Below, in pieces: positions 44,374 through 55,362 of a stretch of 64,000 bases of DNA. The stretch's first letter is position 1, and each line of letters begins with the position of its first letter. The notes under the pieces are model-generated. The model made no database searches. It was not told the DNA's origin and saw only the letters and a program-made list of their open reading frames with translations. A program made the position numbers and the translations under genes. The stretch comes from an uncultured Actinomycetes bacterium (GTDB lineage Bacteria; Actinomycetota; Thermoleophilia; RBG-16-64-13): NCBI GenBank assembly GCA_963747275.1, contig CAVVEI010000019.1, positions 7,454-71,453 of the forward strand, read 5' to 3'.

Positions 44374-46416
44374 GTGCCGGCGAACGCCGACATGCGCACA
44401 GCCCCGCCGGTGACCCCCACATTGCCCACGGGCCCCGGGGTGGCCATCTTCGCCGGCGGTGGTGCCTGGACCACTCCACGCCCCGCCTCGGCCGGCTACG
44501 CCCGGTCCGGCGATGCTATCGCCTTGAGCGACCCCATACGCGTTCTGACAGCCACCAAACCATCCGAGGTAACCGGGCTTCTAGAGCAGATGGAGATCGA
44601 ACAGCGCGCTGGGCGCTACGTAGCGGGCTATCTGGCCTATGAGGCCGGGGCGGCCTTCGGCCTCACCGTGAAGCCAGACACAGCACTGCCCTTGGCCTGG
44701 ATGGCCGTCTATGAGGCCGGCGCGGCCACGCATATCCCGGTCGCTGATTGGCACCAGGTGCTGGCTGAGGTAGATGTGTCTCGGGTCGCCGCCGCTCTGG
44801 CCGGCGTCAAACCCCGCCTGAGCGTGACTCGAGACGAGTACACCGAGGGCATCCGACGAGTGCGCGAATACATAGCGGCGGGCGACACCTACCAGGTCAA
44901 CTACACCGTGCGTGGACGCTTCGAACTTGGCGCCTCGGACACCGACCCGATAGACCCCTTGGACTACTTTCTGGCCCTGGTCGTCCGCCAACCCGTGCCC
45001 TACGCCGGTTACCTCGACCTGGGCGACGCTCAGGTGATCAGCCTCTCGCCCGAGTTGTTCCTGCGCCGCCGCGGGCGACAACTCGAGAGCCGGCCCATGA
45101 AAGGCACCAGCAAGCGCGGCCTCACTCACGCCGAGGACGTCGCCCGAGCCTACGAGCTGGCCGAGACCGAGAAGGAGCGGGCCGAGAACCTGATGATCGT
45201 CGACATGGTGCGCAACGACCTGGGGAGGGTGTGCCGCGCCGGCAGCATCAGCGTGCCGACCCTGTTCGCGGTCGAGCCCTACCGGACTGTCTGGCAGATG
45301 GTCAGCACGGTCACCGGCGAGGTCAGCCCGCGGGCGACGCTCAGCGAGATCATGCAGGCCGTGTTTCCGGGGGCCTCGATCACCGGCGCCCCCAAGCACC
45401 ACACCATGGAGATAATCACCGAACTGGAGACCGAGCCCAGAGGGGTCTACACGGGGGCGGTAGGGCTCTTCTTGCCCGGCGGCGATTTCACGGCCAACAT
45501 CGCCATACGGACTATCGTGCATCAGCGGGGCCGATGCAGGCTGGGCATAGGCTCGGGCGTGGTCTGGGATTCGGGCGCGGCCTCCGAATACGACGAGACT
45601 CTGGCAAAAGCCGGCTTCGCCACGCCCCCCGCTACAGGCACTCCGCCCAGCGGTGGGTCTTGGCGGCCCGACCCTGAGGGTGTGCTACGCGCCGCGGTGG
45701 CCGGACAAGACGAGTTCTACCTGTTCGAGACTATTCTCCTGGAGGCCATGGCGACCGGCGCAGAAACCGATGACGCGCTCAGTCGACTCCACACCCTCAG
45801 CGACGCAGCCGTGCTCGCTCGCTACCGCTTGCTTCAAGAGCATTTGGACCGCATGGCCCGCTCGGCAGCCGTCTTGGGGCTGCCCTTCGAGAGTCAGTCC
45901 GCCCGCGAGGTCATGGTCGGCCTGGCCCGGGTCCATCCCGAGGCGCTGGTCGCCCGGGTGCAGTTGGACGCCGCCGGTCGCTTCAGCCTCTCGACCAGAG
46001 AGCCGCCCGCGGCACCTGCGGGAGCGGTCACGCTGCTGGTCTCCCCCTTCCGCACCGATCCTGACGACCCCTTCTTGGGCCACAAGACAAGCCTGCGTGG
46101 CTTCTACAACCGCGAGCACCGCCGGGCGCTCAGCCAGGGACACTTCGATGCCCTCTTCGCCAACCGTCTCGACCGGGTGACCGAGGGCGCCATCACCAAT
46201 GTCTTCGCCAGGTTCGGCGTCCAGTGGGTGACCCCGCCTTTGGCCGACGGCCTGCTGCCCGGCCTGTGGCGCGCATGGTTCTTGACCGAGAGCGGCGCCA
46301 CCGAACGGTCGCTGACACTTACCGACCTCCAGGCCGCAGACGAACTCGTGGTGGGCAACTCGGTGCGCGGCTCAGTCAGAGTGGAGCGGCTTGCAGTCGA
46401 GCCACTGGTGTTCTAG
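44374..46416 (+). CDS. pabB: aminodeoxychorismate synthase component I fused to an aminodeoxychorismate lyase-like (class IV aminotransferase) domain
   Basis: Intact 680-aa ORF. The chorismate-binding core reads SLSPELFLRR, PMKGTSKRG, ENLMIVDMVRNDLGRV and FPGASITGAPK. The C-terminal ~250 aa have a PabC/IlvE-like fold (LFANRLDRVTEGAITNVF, VGNSVRG). Confidence 0.8.
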   Translation: MPANADMRTAPPVTPTLPTGPGVAIFAGGGAWTTPRPASAGYARSGDAIALSDPIRVLTATKPSEVTGLLEQMEIEQRAGRYVAGYLAYEAGAAFGLTVKPDTALPLAWMAVYEAGAATHIPVADWHQVLAEVDVSRVAAALAGVKPRLSVTRDEYTEGIRRVREYIAAGDTYQVNYTVRGRFELGASDTDPIDPLDYFLALVVRQPVPYAGYLDLGDAQVISLSPELFLRRRGRQLESRPMKGTSKRGLTHAEDVARAYELAETEKERAENLMIVDMVRNDLGRVCRAGSISVPTLFAVEPYRTVWQMVSTVTGEVSPRATLSEIMQAVFPGASITGAPKHHTMEIITELETEPRGVYTGAVGLFLPGGDFTANIAIRTIVHQRGRCRLGIGSGVVWDSGAASEYDETLAKAGFATPPATGTPPSGGSWRPDPEGVLRAAVAGQDEFYLFETILLEAMATGAETDDALSRLHTLSDAAVLARYRLLQEHLDRMARSAAVLGLPFESQSAREVMVGLARVHPEALVARVQLDAAGRFSLSTREPPAAPAGAVTLLVSPFRTDPDDPFLGHKTSLRGFYNREHRRALSQGHFDALFANRLDRVTEGAITNVFARFGVQWVTPPLADGLLPGLWRAWFLTESGATERSLTLTDLQAADELVVGNSVRGSVRVERLAVEPLVF

Positions 46417-46480
46417 CGTCCGCGCGGACCTCCGGAGTAGAATACGGCCGTGCCACATCGCAAAACGCCGGGGGGAGCAC

Positions 46481-47305
46481 ATGAGGGTAGTCGACCTCAC
46501 GGAGGACAGAAAGGACCTGTTCTGCCTTTGCCTTGAGGACTGGTCTGACGAGGCCCACGAGGCAGGCCCCAAACGCTGTCGGTGGCTGGAGCGCAACCAG
46601 AAGCTAGGCCTACGCGCCAAGTTCGCTCTTGACGACTCCGGCGTCGAGGGCGGCATGATCCAATACGGGCCCATCGAGCACTCCTTCGTGGACGGCGAAA
46701 GCCTCTATTTCGTCTACTGCATCCACGTTCATGGGCACAGGCAGGGGCGTGGAGACTTTCGCGGGCGCGGTATGGGCAAGGCATTGCTCTTCTCCGCTGA
46801 GGATGACGCCCAGGCGCGCGGCGCCAAGGGCTTGGCGGTCTGGGGGGTGGCCCTCCCCTTCTGGATGAAGGCGTCCTGGTTCAAGAAGCAGGGCTACCGC
46901 AAAGTCGAACGTCAAGGCATCTCGGTGCTCCTGTGGAAAGCGTTCACCGAGGACGCCCAGCCCCCGCGCTGGTTCCCCAAGACCGGCAAGCAGCCCGAGG
47001 TCACACCGGCCAAGGTGAACGTCACCGCCTTCTCGAGCGGTTGGTGCCTGGCGATGAACCTGGTCTACGAGCGGGCCAAGCGAGCCGCCGCCGAGTTCGG
47101 CGACGCGGTCGAGTTCCGCGAGATCGACACCTCCACTCGCGACAAGGTCGCCGAGTGGGGCCGCTCCGATGAGGTGCTAGTCGACGGCAAGAAGCTCCAG
47201 ACTGGTCCGCCCCCCAGCTACGAGAAGATCCGCAAGATCATCGCCAAGCGGGTGCGGGCCCAGAGCAGAGTGCACAAAGGCACCGCGGTGCCCAAAGAGA
47301 CATAA
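46481..47305 (+). CDS. GNAT-like N-acetyltransferase with YoaP-like / thioredoxin-fold C-terminal domain
   Basis: The ATG at 46481 follows GGGGGAG. RGRGMGKALL is the acetyl-CoA motif region. The C-terminal VNVTAFSSGWCLAMN, EFREIDTS, VLVDGKKL resembles YoaP-type domains. The family call is from memory only. Confidence 0.55.
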   Translation: MRVVDLTEDRKDLFCLCLEDWSDEAHEAGPKRCRWLERNQKLGLRAKFALDDSGVEGGMIQYGPIEHSFVDGESLYFVYCIHVHGHRQGRGDFRGRGMGKALLFSAEDDAQARGAKGLAVWGVALPFWMKASWFKKQGYRKVERQGISVLLWKAFTEDAQPPRWFPKTGKQPEVTPAKVNVTAFSSGWCLAMNLVYERAKRAAAEFGDAVEFREIDTSTRDKVAEWGRSDEVLVDGKKLQTGPPPSYEKIRKIIAKRVRAQSRVHKGTAVPKET

Positions 47306-47314
47306 CGGGAGGGA

Positions 47315-47840
47315 ATGCAGATGTCCATCAAGATGAGACGTACGACTTGCGGTCTGGCTCTTGGTCTATTGGTTCTGTCGCTGGCGTTGCTCGTTGCCGC
47401 CTGCGGGGGCGAAGAGCAGACCACCACTACCACTGCCGGGCCGACTACCACCGTCGCCCCTGTGACCACGACCACGGCACTCTCCGAGACAGAGATCATC
47501 GCGGCTAACTGGGTGGCCTTCTTCGCCGCCGCGACGCCCGTGTCCGACAAGGTCACGCTGCTCGAGAACGGGGATGCACACCAGGCAGAGCTGGCAGCAG
47601 TGGGCCGCGAATCCAGCGGCCGCGGGCGTCTCCGTGCAGGTCACCGACGTCAAGGTCAACGCTGACGGCACCGCGGACGTCACGTTCGACGTCGTCTCTG
47701 GTGGCGCGACCGTCCTTGCCGGAGAGACGGGCACGGCCGTGCTGGATGACGGTGCCTGGAAAGTCAGCGAGTCAAGCTTCGCCGGGATGATGGCCGCCAT
47801 GGGTGGCAGCGGAGGCGGCACCGGGACGCCGTCCAACTAG
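47315..47840 (+). CDS. lipoprotein, function unknown (one frameshift ~47600)
   Basis: Has the lipobox LLVAACGG followed by a Thr-rich linker. The C-terminal part VQVTDVKVNADGTADVTFDVVSGG is in ORF 47574..47840. Confidence 0.6.
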
Positions 47841-47849
47841 AGAAGAACA

Positions 47850-48329
47850 ATGCACAAAACCGGGCGACTGGAGGCAACAGTACGAATGGACCGTGTCCGA
47901 AATCTGCGTCTGCCACTCGTGGTGATCGCTGTAACGGCGACCGCCTGCATAGCCTTAGCGTCTTGCAGCCAGGGGGCAACAGTTTCTGTGCGGCATGAGA
48001 CCGCTGACGGTCAAGCGGCCGCTGCCGAACTACTCACTGCGCCGCAAGCGCTGGCCAGTGGACAGGAGGCCTGGGCCACCCTCACGCTCAGCACGTCGGA
48101 CGGCTTGAGCGTGTTCGCCTGTGCCGTCGCCGACACCGAGTTCTACGAGCGCGGTCCGAACGACGACGGCTACAGCCTTGTCGATGCGAAGTCCGAAGGC
48201 TTCGTCGCCTACTCCAACTGGGCCGGCGGCGGCTCCTGCCCCGCGGAGTTCGAGTACGACCTGTACGACTCGGACGGCAGCCAGGTCAACGTGCTCACCA
48301 AGGTGCGGTACTTCCTGAACGGCGAATAG
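47850..48329 (+). CDS. lipoprotein, function unknown
   Basis: Intact 159-aa ORF with the signal/lipobox ACIALASCSQG. Confidence 0.55.
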   Translation: MHKTGRLEATVRMDRVRNLRLPLVVIAVTATACIALASCSQGATVSVRHETADGQAAAAELLTAPQALASGQEAWATLTLSTSDGLSVFACAVADTEFYERGPNDDGYSLVDAKSEGFVAYSNWAGGGSCPAEFEYDLYDSDGSQVNVLTKVRYFLNGE

Positions 48330-48347
48330 CGCGCCGCCCCCGGCAGC

Positions 48348-49919
48348 CTACAGGTAGACCCGGTCGCTCCTGGCCCCGCCGGACTCGCGGCCCATGGCCA
48401 CGTTGTTGAGCGCCCGCACGTAGGCCTTGGCCGAAGCCTCCAGCACGTCTATGGAGACGGCCTGGCCCGCGTAGCGCTTGCCGTCCACCTCCACCACCAC
48501 GCGCACCTCGCCCAGCGAGTCCTTGCCTGAGGTTATCGACCGCACCTGGTAGTCGAGCAGCTTGCCCTTCACGCCCACCGCGTCGTCGATGGCCAACATG
48601 ATCGATTCGATCGAACCGCCGGTGAAGGCCTTGCCGGCCCGCTTCTTGCCCTGCGTGCTCACCCCCACCTGGCTGGACGAGATGATGTCGGTGCCCGCCG
48701 TCGTGTAGACGTGCTCCAGGCTGTAGACGTCCTCGCGCTGCCGTATCTCCTCGCCCACCAGGGCCTCGAGGTCGGCCGTGGTGACTTCTTTCTTCTTGTC
48801 GGCGGTCGCTTTGAAGCGCCGGAAGACCTCGTCCAACTCGGGGCCTTCCAGGTGGATGCCTATCTCGGCCAGGTGCGACCGCAGCGCGTGGCGCCCCGAG
48901 TGCTTGCCCAGCACGATGTCGGAGTCGCCGAGGCCTATGTCGCGGGCGTGCATGATCTCGTAGGTGGTGCGCTCTTTGAGCACGCCGTCCTGGTGGATGC
49001 CCGATTCGTGCGCGAAGGCGTTCTTGCCCACGATGGCCTTGTTGGCCTGGATGAGGTGACCCGTGAAGCTCGACACCATGCGGCTGGCCCGGGCGATCTC
49101 GGTGGTCACTATGTTGCAGGGCCGCTGCATCAGGTCCTTGCGGGTGACCAGAGCCATAGCCACCTCTTCAAGCGCGGCATTGCCGGCCCGCTCGCCTATG
49201 CCGTTTATGGCCACCTCCACCTGCGTCGCCCCGCTCTCCACCGCCGCCAACGTGTTCGCCACAGCCACCCCCAGGTCGTTGTGGCAGTGGGCGCTCATGA
49301 CCACCTTCTCCAGGGCGGGCACCTTGGCGTAGAGCTGGTCGAACAGCGCCGCGTACTCGTCGGGCAGCGCGTAGCCCACGGTGTCCGGCACGTTGATGGT
49401 GGTGGCTCCGGCCTCGACAGCCGTGGCCAGAACCTCGCGCCAAGAAGTCCACGTCGCTGCGGGTGGCGTCCATGGCCGAGAACTCCACATCGCCCGGGCA
49501 GAGCGACACGCACAACTCCACCATCTCCTTGGTGAGCTTGATGACCTCTGGCGTAGCTGAGGTGCATCTGGTGCTGCAGGTGGATGTCGCTGGTGCTGAC
49601 GAAGGTGTGAATGCGCGGCCGCTCGGCGTCCTTGATGGCGTCCCAGCAGGTGCGTATGTCGCTCTCGGTGCAGCGGGCCAGGCCGCAGATGACGGGACCC
49701 TTCACCTCGCGAGCGATGGTCTGCACGGCCGCGAAGTCGCCCGGGCTGCTGGCCGGGAAGCCCGCCTCGATGACGTCCACGCCCAGCCGCGCCAGTTGAT
49801 GGGCTATCTCCAACTTCTCCGAGGCGTTCAGGCTGCTGCCCGGCGACTGCTCGCCGTCGCGCAGAGTGGTGTCGAAGAAGACTGACGGGGACGCCGGTGT
49901 TGCGGCGTATCGTGGACAT
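48348..49919 (-). CDS. leuA: 2-isopropylmalate synthase (several frameshifts in the N-terminal third)
   Basis: ORF 48348..49919 is intact from [10 protein letters not shown] through [28 protein letters not shown] and the LeuA dimerisation domain. The N-terminal TIM-barrel part ([40 protein letters not shown]) is in ORF 49295..49813. The AGGAGG Shine-Dalgarno lies at 49929-49934. Confidence 0.9.
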   Translation of the reverse strand: MSTIRRNTGVPVSLLRHHSARRRAVAGQQPERLGEVGDSPSTGAAGRGRHRGGLPGQQPGRLRGRADHRSRGEGSRHLRPGPLHRERHTHLLGRHQGRRAAAHSHLRQHQRHPPAAPDAPQLRQRSSSSPRRWWSCACRSARAMWSSRPWTPPAATWTSWREVLATAVEAGATTINVPDTVGYALPDEYAALFDQLYAKVPALEKVVMSAHCHNDLGVAVANTLAAVESGATQVEVAINGIGERAGNAALEEVAMALVTRKDLMQRPCNIVTTEIARASRMVSSFTGHLIQANKAIVGKNAFAHESGIHQDGVLKERTTYEIMHARDIGLGDSDIVLGKHSGRHALRSHLAEIGIHLEGPELDEVFRRFKATADKKKEVTTADLEALVGEEIRQREDVYSLEHVYTTAGTDIISSSQVGVSTQGKKRAGKAFTGGSIESIMLAIDDAVGVKGKLLDYQVRSITSGKDSLGEVRVVVEVDGKRYAGQAVSIDVLEASAKAYVRALNNVAMGRESGGARSDRVYL

Positions 49920-49991
49920 ATGCTTCTACCTCCTGGCGATCCTACTGATTCTCGACTGCTGACATGCCGGGTAGCGCCGGCTGCGCAATAT

Positions 49992-50126
49992 CTCCCCCTA
50001 GCGGGGGAGCAGCAGGAGGAGGCTGAGGGAGAGAGCCAAGCGCGAAGGACCGGCCGGCCGGAGCCGGGAGGAGACGCCCCCTGGGGGCGCGACGCTTCTT
50101 GCCTGTGGTTTCGTGAGTCTCTCCAT
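49992..50126 (-). promoter_or_regulatory. candidate leucine leader peptide / attenuator upstream of leuA
   Basis: The minus-strand ORF from the ATG at 50124-50126 to the TAG at 49998-50000 ends in [13 protein letters not shown], with five consecutive Leu codons CTC CTC CTG CTG CTC at 50007-50021. The stop codon sits in a 7-bp hairpin CTCCCCC-GCTA-GGGGGAG (49992-50009). The Leu-codon segment CCTCCTG (50013-50019) is complementary to the leuA SD region CAGGAGG (49929-49935). Confidence 0.5.
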
Positions 50127-50226
50127 GCCCGTCAGTTTAGTGGACTCTCCAACGTGCGACAACAAGACGATTCTGCGCCGCCAGGCCGCAGTCCTTCTCA
50201 AGCGGCCGCCTCGTTCATGACCCGTC

Positions 50227-51873
50227 TCATCTGTTCGAGGTCCGCGCAGCATCGGACTCGCCGTCCAACCAGGCCGTCTCCGGCAGGAACTCGATGGTGC
50301 AGTAGACGCAGAAACCACTATCGTGAAGGTCCGGAGACCATGGCGATGACCCATTCATGGCGTACATGGGTGTCAGGAGACAGTAGTCGTCTATCGCCAT
50401 CCTGTTCAGCTCTCTGCATAGGCCGCGCTTCGCTTGTCCATGTCGCTCTCGGTCAACATCTCTCTGTACTTGGCATTCCATTCTTCAGGGATGAACAGGT
50501 ACGGGCCGCCAGAATAGGCGTCCTCGCTCAGGTACCTCTGCAGCATGCTGGAGTAGGCGGTGCCGACGTTGTAGGACATCGAGAAGGCGGCCAGACCATC
50601 CCATCCTCTGTCGATGCTGTTGGCCATCGCCTGAAAGGACAAAGGAACCAGATCGACGTCGATGCCCACCCTCGCCAGGTACTCCTGCACTACCGTGAAG
50701 AGTGCGTTCCTGTCCTCCGACACCTGATACATGAGCTCGGTCTTCCATGGAGTGGCGGGAGTGATGCCCACCTCTGCCAGGAGCTCCGCTGCCTTCACCG
50801 GGTCGTAGGGGTAACCCTCGATGCTCGGCGTTCCACCCCGGTCCGTCTGCCACGGCCAGTTGGTTGGTGGGCGATGAAGTGCCCTCGTAGATGCCATTCG
50901 ACTATCGCCGGCACGTCGAGAGCGTAGGTGATCGCCCTGCGCACGCGGATGTCCGCCGCGGGCGATTCGGGGTCACCACTGTTACCGGCCAGAGTGAAGA
51001 GAGTGGTCGTGCGGTATGCGATCTTGGCTCCTTCGTCCTTCAAGCAAGGGAATATCCGACGGGAGGACGCCATAGAGCACATGCCCTTCTCCGCTCAGGA
51101 AGGCCAGCTTCCTGGAGAAGGCGTCCGGGACGAACTTGACGGTCACGCCGTCCAGATAGGGCAATCCCTCCTGCCAGTAGTCCTCGAAGCGCTCGAACTC
51201 CAGCAGTCGGTCACGCACGAACCTGACGAACTTGAACGGCCCTGTGCCCACAGGATGCATCCTCACTCCGTCCGCACCGTACGAGCTCGTAGGCCGCAGG
51301 CGAGGTCATTCTGCCCGCCATGGAGGACGACAGTCTCTGCACGAACAGAGGGTCGTCTCTGCGAGAGTCCGGACCCGAACGGTGTAACGATCGATGACCT
51401 CGATGCTCGTCACGGCCTTGAGCTCGGTCTTGACGCCGTTCTTCTGCATCTCCAGGTTCCATTTGACAGCCTCGGCGTCGAAATCGGTGCCGTCGTGGAA
51501 CTTGACCCCTTCGCGCAGGTGGAAGGTGATAGTCCTGGCCTCGGTCATCGACCTCCCAGCTGGTGGCCAGCTGCGGGACCGGCTGCCCCTCCGCATCCAG
51601 ACCTACGAGATTCTCTACCGCGAACCTGGCAAGCTGTACGTCCACGAAACGGTGCGGCTCCCACCAAGCCCCCAGGTTGCTCGGGCTGTACTCGTGAAGG
51701 ATCACGAGCGTGCCGCCGTACCGCGGTGTCTCCTCACCCCCGGGCCCTGAGGACACTGCAGGATCGTCCTGGGCACGTCGACCCTCGCGGAGACAGTCGT
51801 GCTGCCGCTCGAGCGCCGCGTCGGGTCGATCGCCGCAACCGACCATGCGAAGACGCCCATCAGGGCGACTCAT
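50227..51873 (-). CDS. ABC transporter substrate-binding protein, family 5 (peptide/nickel type), heavily frameshifted
   Basis: Fragments read YGGTLVI, GLDAEGQPVPQLATSWEV, TFHLREGVKFHDGTDFDAEAVKWN, GTGPFKFVRFVRDRLLEFERFEDYWQEGLPYLDGVTVKFVPD and YDPVKAAELLAEVG, spread over at least 5 ORF pieces. Confidence 0.7.
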
Positions 51874-51980
51874 CGAGCAACCATAAGAGTGTCGCCGGCC
51901 GAACCCCGGTCCTCACCAACGCTCCTCCCACTCCGTCCCCTACCGGACGGAGCCCTGCCTGGTCTGCGGGCAGAACCTAC

Positions 51981-52021
51981 CACAAAAGAGAAGCCCCCGC
52001 CCGGATGTCCGGGCGGGGGCT
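51981..52021 (-). terminator. intrinsic terminator downstream of the 172-aa lipoprotein gene
   Basis: A 13-bp stem agcccccgcccgg / ccgggcgggggct with a 4-nt loop spans 51992-52021. On the minus strand it is followed by TTCTCTTTTGTGG. Confidence 0.65.
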
Positions 52022-52059
52022 CTCGCTGCCGGCTCTGGGGGGCAGAGCCGACAGCGCGC

Positions 52060-52578
52060 TCAGGCACGCTCGACTACTTCACCACCAGCTGGGCCGGATC
52101 GGCCAGGAATGATCTCATACGCGCCGGTGTCAAAGGCGTTGAGCACCACGGTGCCGGTGATCTCGACCGTCTTGCCGATCAGACCGTTCAGCATGTCCTC
52201 GGTCACGCCCGCGACGGGGATGGTGCCGCCCTCAGCAAGCTCGATGACGATGTTGAAGTGAGGGCTCGTCTGGACACCGCCCACCCGCACGAGGATCTTG
52301 AGAACGCCCTTCGTCTTGAAGACGTTGTCGACAGCGGCGATCTGCCCGGTGACGGTGGCTTCCGACCCCTCGTAGTCAGCCGCTTCACTCCAATCAACAG
52401 CCGGGCTGGCCGCCACCGTGGTGGTGACCTCTTGTGCCGCCGTCGTGGCGGTGGTGTCTTCCGTGGCTTCCCCGCCGCAAGCGACGACGGCAAATCCCAT
52501 AACCAGCATCAGACCCAACAACAGAGCGATTGTCTTCTTCACTACTATCCCTTCCTTTCGCGTTCCTGTAACCGTCAA
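52060..52578 (-). CDS. lipoprotein, function unknown
   Basis: Has the signal/lipobox LMLVMGFAVVACGG and a Thr-rich linker, then a ~110-aa domain. The start may be the internal VKKTIALLL. Confidence 0.55.
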   Translation of the reverse strand: MTVTGTRKEGIVVKKTIALLLGLMLVMGFAVVACGGEATEDTTATTAAQEVTTTVAASPAVDWSEAADYEGSEATVTGQIAAVDNVFKTKGVLKILVRVGGVQTSPHFNIVIELAEGGTIPVAGVTEDMLNGLIGKTVEITGTVVLNAFDTGAYEIIPGRSGPAGGEVVERA

Positions 52579-52599
52579 ATACAGTTGCCTCTAGGGAAC

Positions 52600-53728
52600 C
52601 TAGAACTGGATCACGTCGCCTTCCATCGGAGCGATGATCTGTCCCTTGTAGCCGGCCGTCTTGTTGGCCTCCATCACCGCGTCATAGATGAAGTCGCGGG
52701 CCTCTTGCAGCGTGTACTCCGCGCCGATGTTGCCGTAGTGCTGCAGCACCAGGACGGGGACGTCCAGCTCCGCAGCCAGCGCCACCACCACGGGTGCGTC
52801 GGTGTGAGAGTTGACCAGGTGCTTGTAGAGAGCCTCCATCTGACCGCCCTCGGCCGGGTCGGCTATCTTCACGGCCCAGTCGCTCAGTCCCACCTCGTGC
52901 ACAAGAACGGTCGCTCCCTTGGCCAATTCTCTGAACTGCGCCCGGAACTGCTCGTTCACCGCAGGATCGCGGTTCGCGTTGTCGTCGTTCCTGTCTCCGG
53001 AGAACACCACTGACTTGCCCTTGTTCGCGCCCTCCAGGATGTCGAACCGGTACGCGTAGGCGTACTCGACATCGACGTCATGATCGACCTGAGTCGCTGA
53101 CACTCTGACTCTCTTGTCCTCGAAGATGACCTGCACGCCGGTCTCGGGCAGGGCGATCTCGTTGACCTTGGGCACGAGCCAAGGAGTACCTGCCGCCCGC
53201 TGCCAGTTGTGCAGGTCAAAACCGCCTGCCAACCCTTGCATCAGACCGTCAGTGAGACTCTGCGTTCCCGGGGGGCCGTAGATATCAAGAGACGCCAGAG
53301 GAGCCTCGACGCCCGCCGCGTTGGTGTCTCTGGTCTGATAGCCACGCGCAAGCAGCTCCGCCAGACCACCGATGTGGTCGAAGTGCAGGTGGGTGATGAA
53401 CAGATCGTGCAGCTTCGAGAAGCCTTGGCCGAGATCGTAGAGCTCTTGGGGAGTGCCTCCACCGATGTCCACCATGTACATGAAGCTGTTGACGTACAGC
53501 ACAAAGCCGGTGTTGTTCCTGTCCGGCCAGAACTTCGGACCCGCACCGAGGCCCAAGATGCCTATGCCGTCCTGTATGACCTCGACCTTGGGCGCCGTCA
53601 GACCCCGCCGAGGCGTCATCCGTGCTCTTGTCGCCGCCGCAGCCCACTGCCAGCGCCGCCAACCCTAATGCCAAGGCCAGCACCAGCCCTGCGACAAGCA
53701 GACTAAGCCAAGTCCTTCGCTTGCCCAT
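52600..53728 (-). CDS. secreted/lipoprotein MBL-fold metallo-hydrolase (one frameshift ~53610)
   Basis: ORF 52600..53619 has the HxHxDH motif ITHLHFDHIGGL. The signal peptide MGKRRTWLSLLVAGLVLALALGLAALAVGCGG is in ORF 53285..53752. Confidence 0.75.
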
Positions 53729-53844
53729 ATCCACCTCCCAAACGCCCTGCATTCGAATTGCACTATGCGCAATGCCTCTTGCACCTGGCGCAACACTAGC
53801 ACTATACTCGATTACTCGTCAACAGAGTTGCCATCAGCTATCGT

Positions 53845-54687
53845 TTGGAGTACATGAGCGAACGAACCAACAGAGCACCAGCACACAGCAACGGTCCGGC
53901 GCCGATACAGGCGCTGGCCCGCGGTTTGGACATCCTGGGCCAGTTCACCGCCCGCGATCCTATGTTCAGTCTCGCGGAGCTCGGCCGTCGCACCGGACTC
54001 AACCCGGCGACTGTCTACCGCTACGTGAACACCCTCCAGGCAAAGGGCTACCTCACTCAGGACCCCGTCACCGGCCAGTACCGGGTGGGCCCGGCCTTCG
54101 CCATGTCCTTGTTCTCGCTTGGCGGCAACAGCGTGCTCATCCAGATTCTGGAGGGTGACCTGGGCCGGCTGGCCGAGGCGACCGGAGAGGGTGCGTCGCT
54201 CTCGGTGCGCAGGGGTGACGAGGTGCTCAACGTGAACGTCATCCCGCCGTCCAGCGGGTTCGGCCAGGTGATCCCCGCCAATTCGGCGTGGCCGCTCACC
54301 GCCACCTGGAGCGCACAAGTGCGGGTCCATCTCGCCTATGCCGATGATGAGACTCGCAGCCGTGCGCTCGCCGCCCCGGCAGTCCGCTACACGGAGAACA
54401 CCATCACCGATCGCGCGTGAGCTCGAAGCGCTGCTGGACAAGACGAAGCGCGAGGGCGATCGCCTACTCTCTCGAGGAGCGAGCCAAGGGCCGGGCGGCC
54501 GTTGCTGTGCCCATCTTCTCGCACGACGCCCTGGTGGCCGTGCTCGGTCTGCATATCCCGCCCGAGCGGTTCGACGAGGAGCATCTCAAGCGCTACGTGC
54601 TCGAAGCTCCGCGCCGCGGCGGAGGCCATGGGCAGACGCCTGAGGAGAAGTTCGCATTGGCGGCACACTGCCTCCGCGGACCAGTGA
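53845..54687 (+). CDS. IclR-family transcriptional regulator (2 frameshifts in the C-terminal half)
   Basis: The wHTH region reads IQALARGLDILGQFT and FSLAELGRRTGLNPATVYRYVNTLQAKGYL. The effector domain reads RYTENTITD, EGIAYSLEERAKGRAAVAVPIF in shifted frames. Confidence 0.75.
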
Positions 54688-54720
54688 CCCATGGTAGTGC
54701 CACATCCACCCGCGAGGATC

Positions 54721-55300
54721 ATGTGCGAAGAGACCGATCGATCCCTGCCGCACCCTCATCCGCCCCCGCGACCGCCGCCGTCTGCGGACTCTGCTGCGAC
54801 GTGTGCTCGATCTACATCGCCGCCACGAAGATCCGCAGAGCGCCTCGCCTTGCTTGCCCGGCCGCATGGGCTGGACCACCGGAAGACGCCCACTGCGACG
54901 GCTGCCGCTCCGACCGCCGTGACCCCCTACTGCCGCGACTGCGACCTGCGGCCTGCGCGCCAGCGGCGCGGCCACGCCTTCTGCAACGAGTGCGCCGACT
55001 ATCCCTGCGCCGAGCTCGAGGGCTTTCAGCGCGAGAAACCTCACCGCGCCGAGCTATACCAGAACCTGGAACGCATCGCCGAGGTAGGCGCCGACGCCTG
55101 GCTGACCGAGACCAAGCAGCGCTACACCTGCCCGGCCTGCGGCACCCTCAACTCGTGCTACGACCTGAAGTGCCGCAAGTGCGGCCGCGAACCCAGCTGC
55201 GACTTCGTGGACGCGCACAAGGACCTCATCGCCGTCGGCGCTGCGCCAGGCGATGGCCCGCAGCCGCTCACCAGCCCGAAGCAGAAACCGGCGCCGCGAC
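54721..55300 (+). CDS. DUF3795-like Cys-rich protein (frameshifted; 3' end uncertain)
   Basis: Cys-rich fragments read [48 protein letters not shown] and [21 protein letters not shown] across two frames. Confidence 0.5.
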
Positions 55301-55362
55301 CCGAGGGTCGCGGCGCCGGCGGTGTGACTCGCTGGCAGGGCGCGCGCAGCGCCCCTCAGGCC

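Noticed and set aside
49920-50230. T-box riboswitch upstream of leuA
   Set aside because: I looked on the minus strand for the T-box consensus (AANNNGGGTGGNACCGCG-like) and a specifier-loop architecture and did not find them. The leader-peptide model fits the sequence better. A covariance-model scan would be decisive.
49998-50354. Full 118-aa ORF 49998..50354 as a protein-coding gene
   Set aside because: The upstream two-thirds is Arg/Pro/Ser-rich and overlaps the 3' end of the SBP gene region. Only the distal Leu-rich part, from the internal ATG at 50126, is interpreted, and then as a leader peptide.
50928-53013. Long plus-strand ORFs 50928..52112 (394 aa) and 51799..53013 (404 aa)
   Set aside because: They are antisense to the SBP, lipoprotein and MBL genes, have low-complexity Arg/Pro/Gly-rich translations and contain no recognisable motifs.
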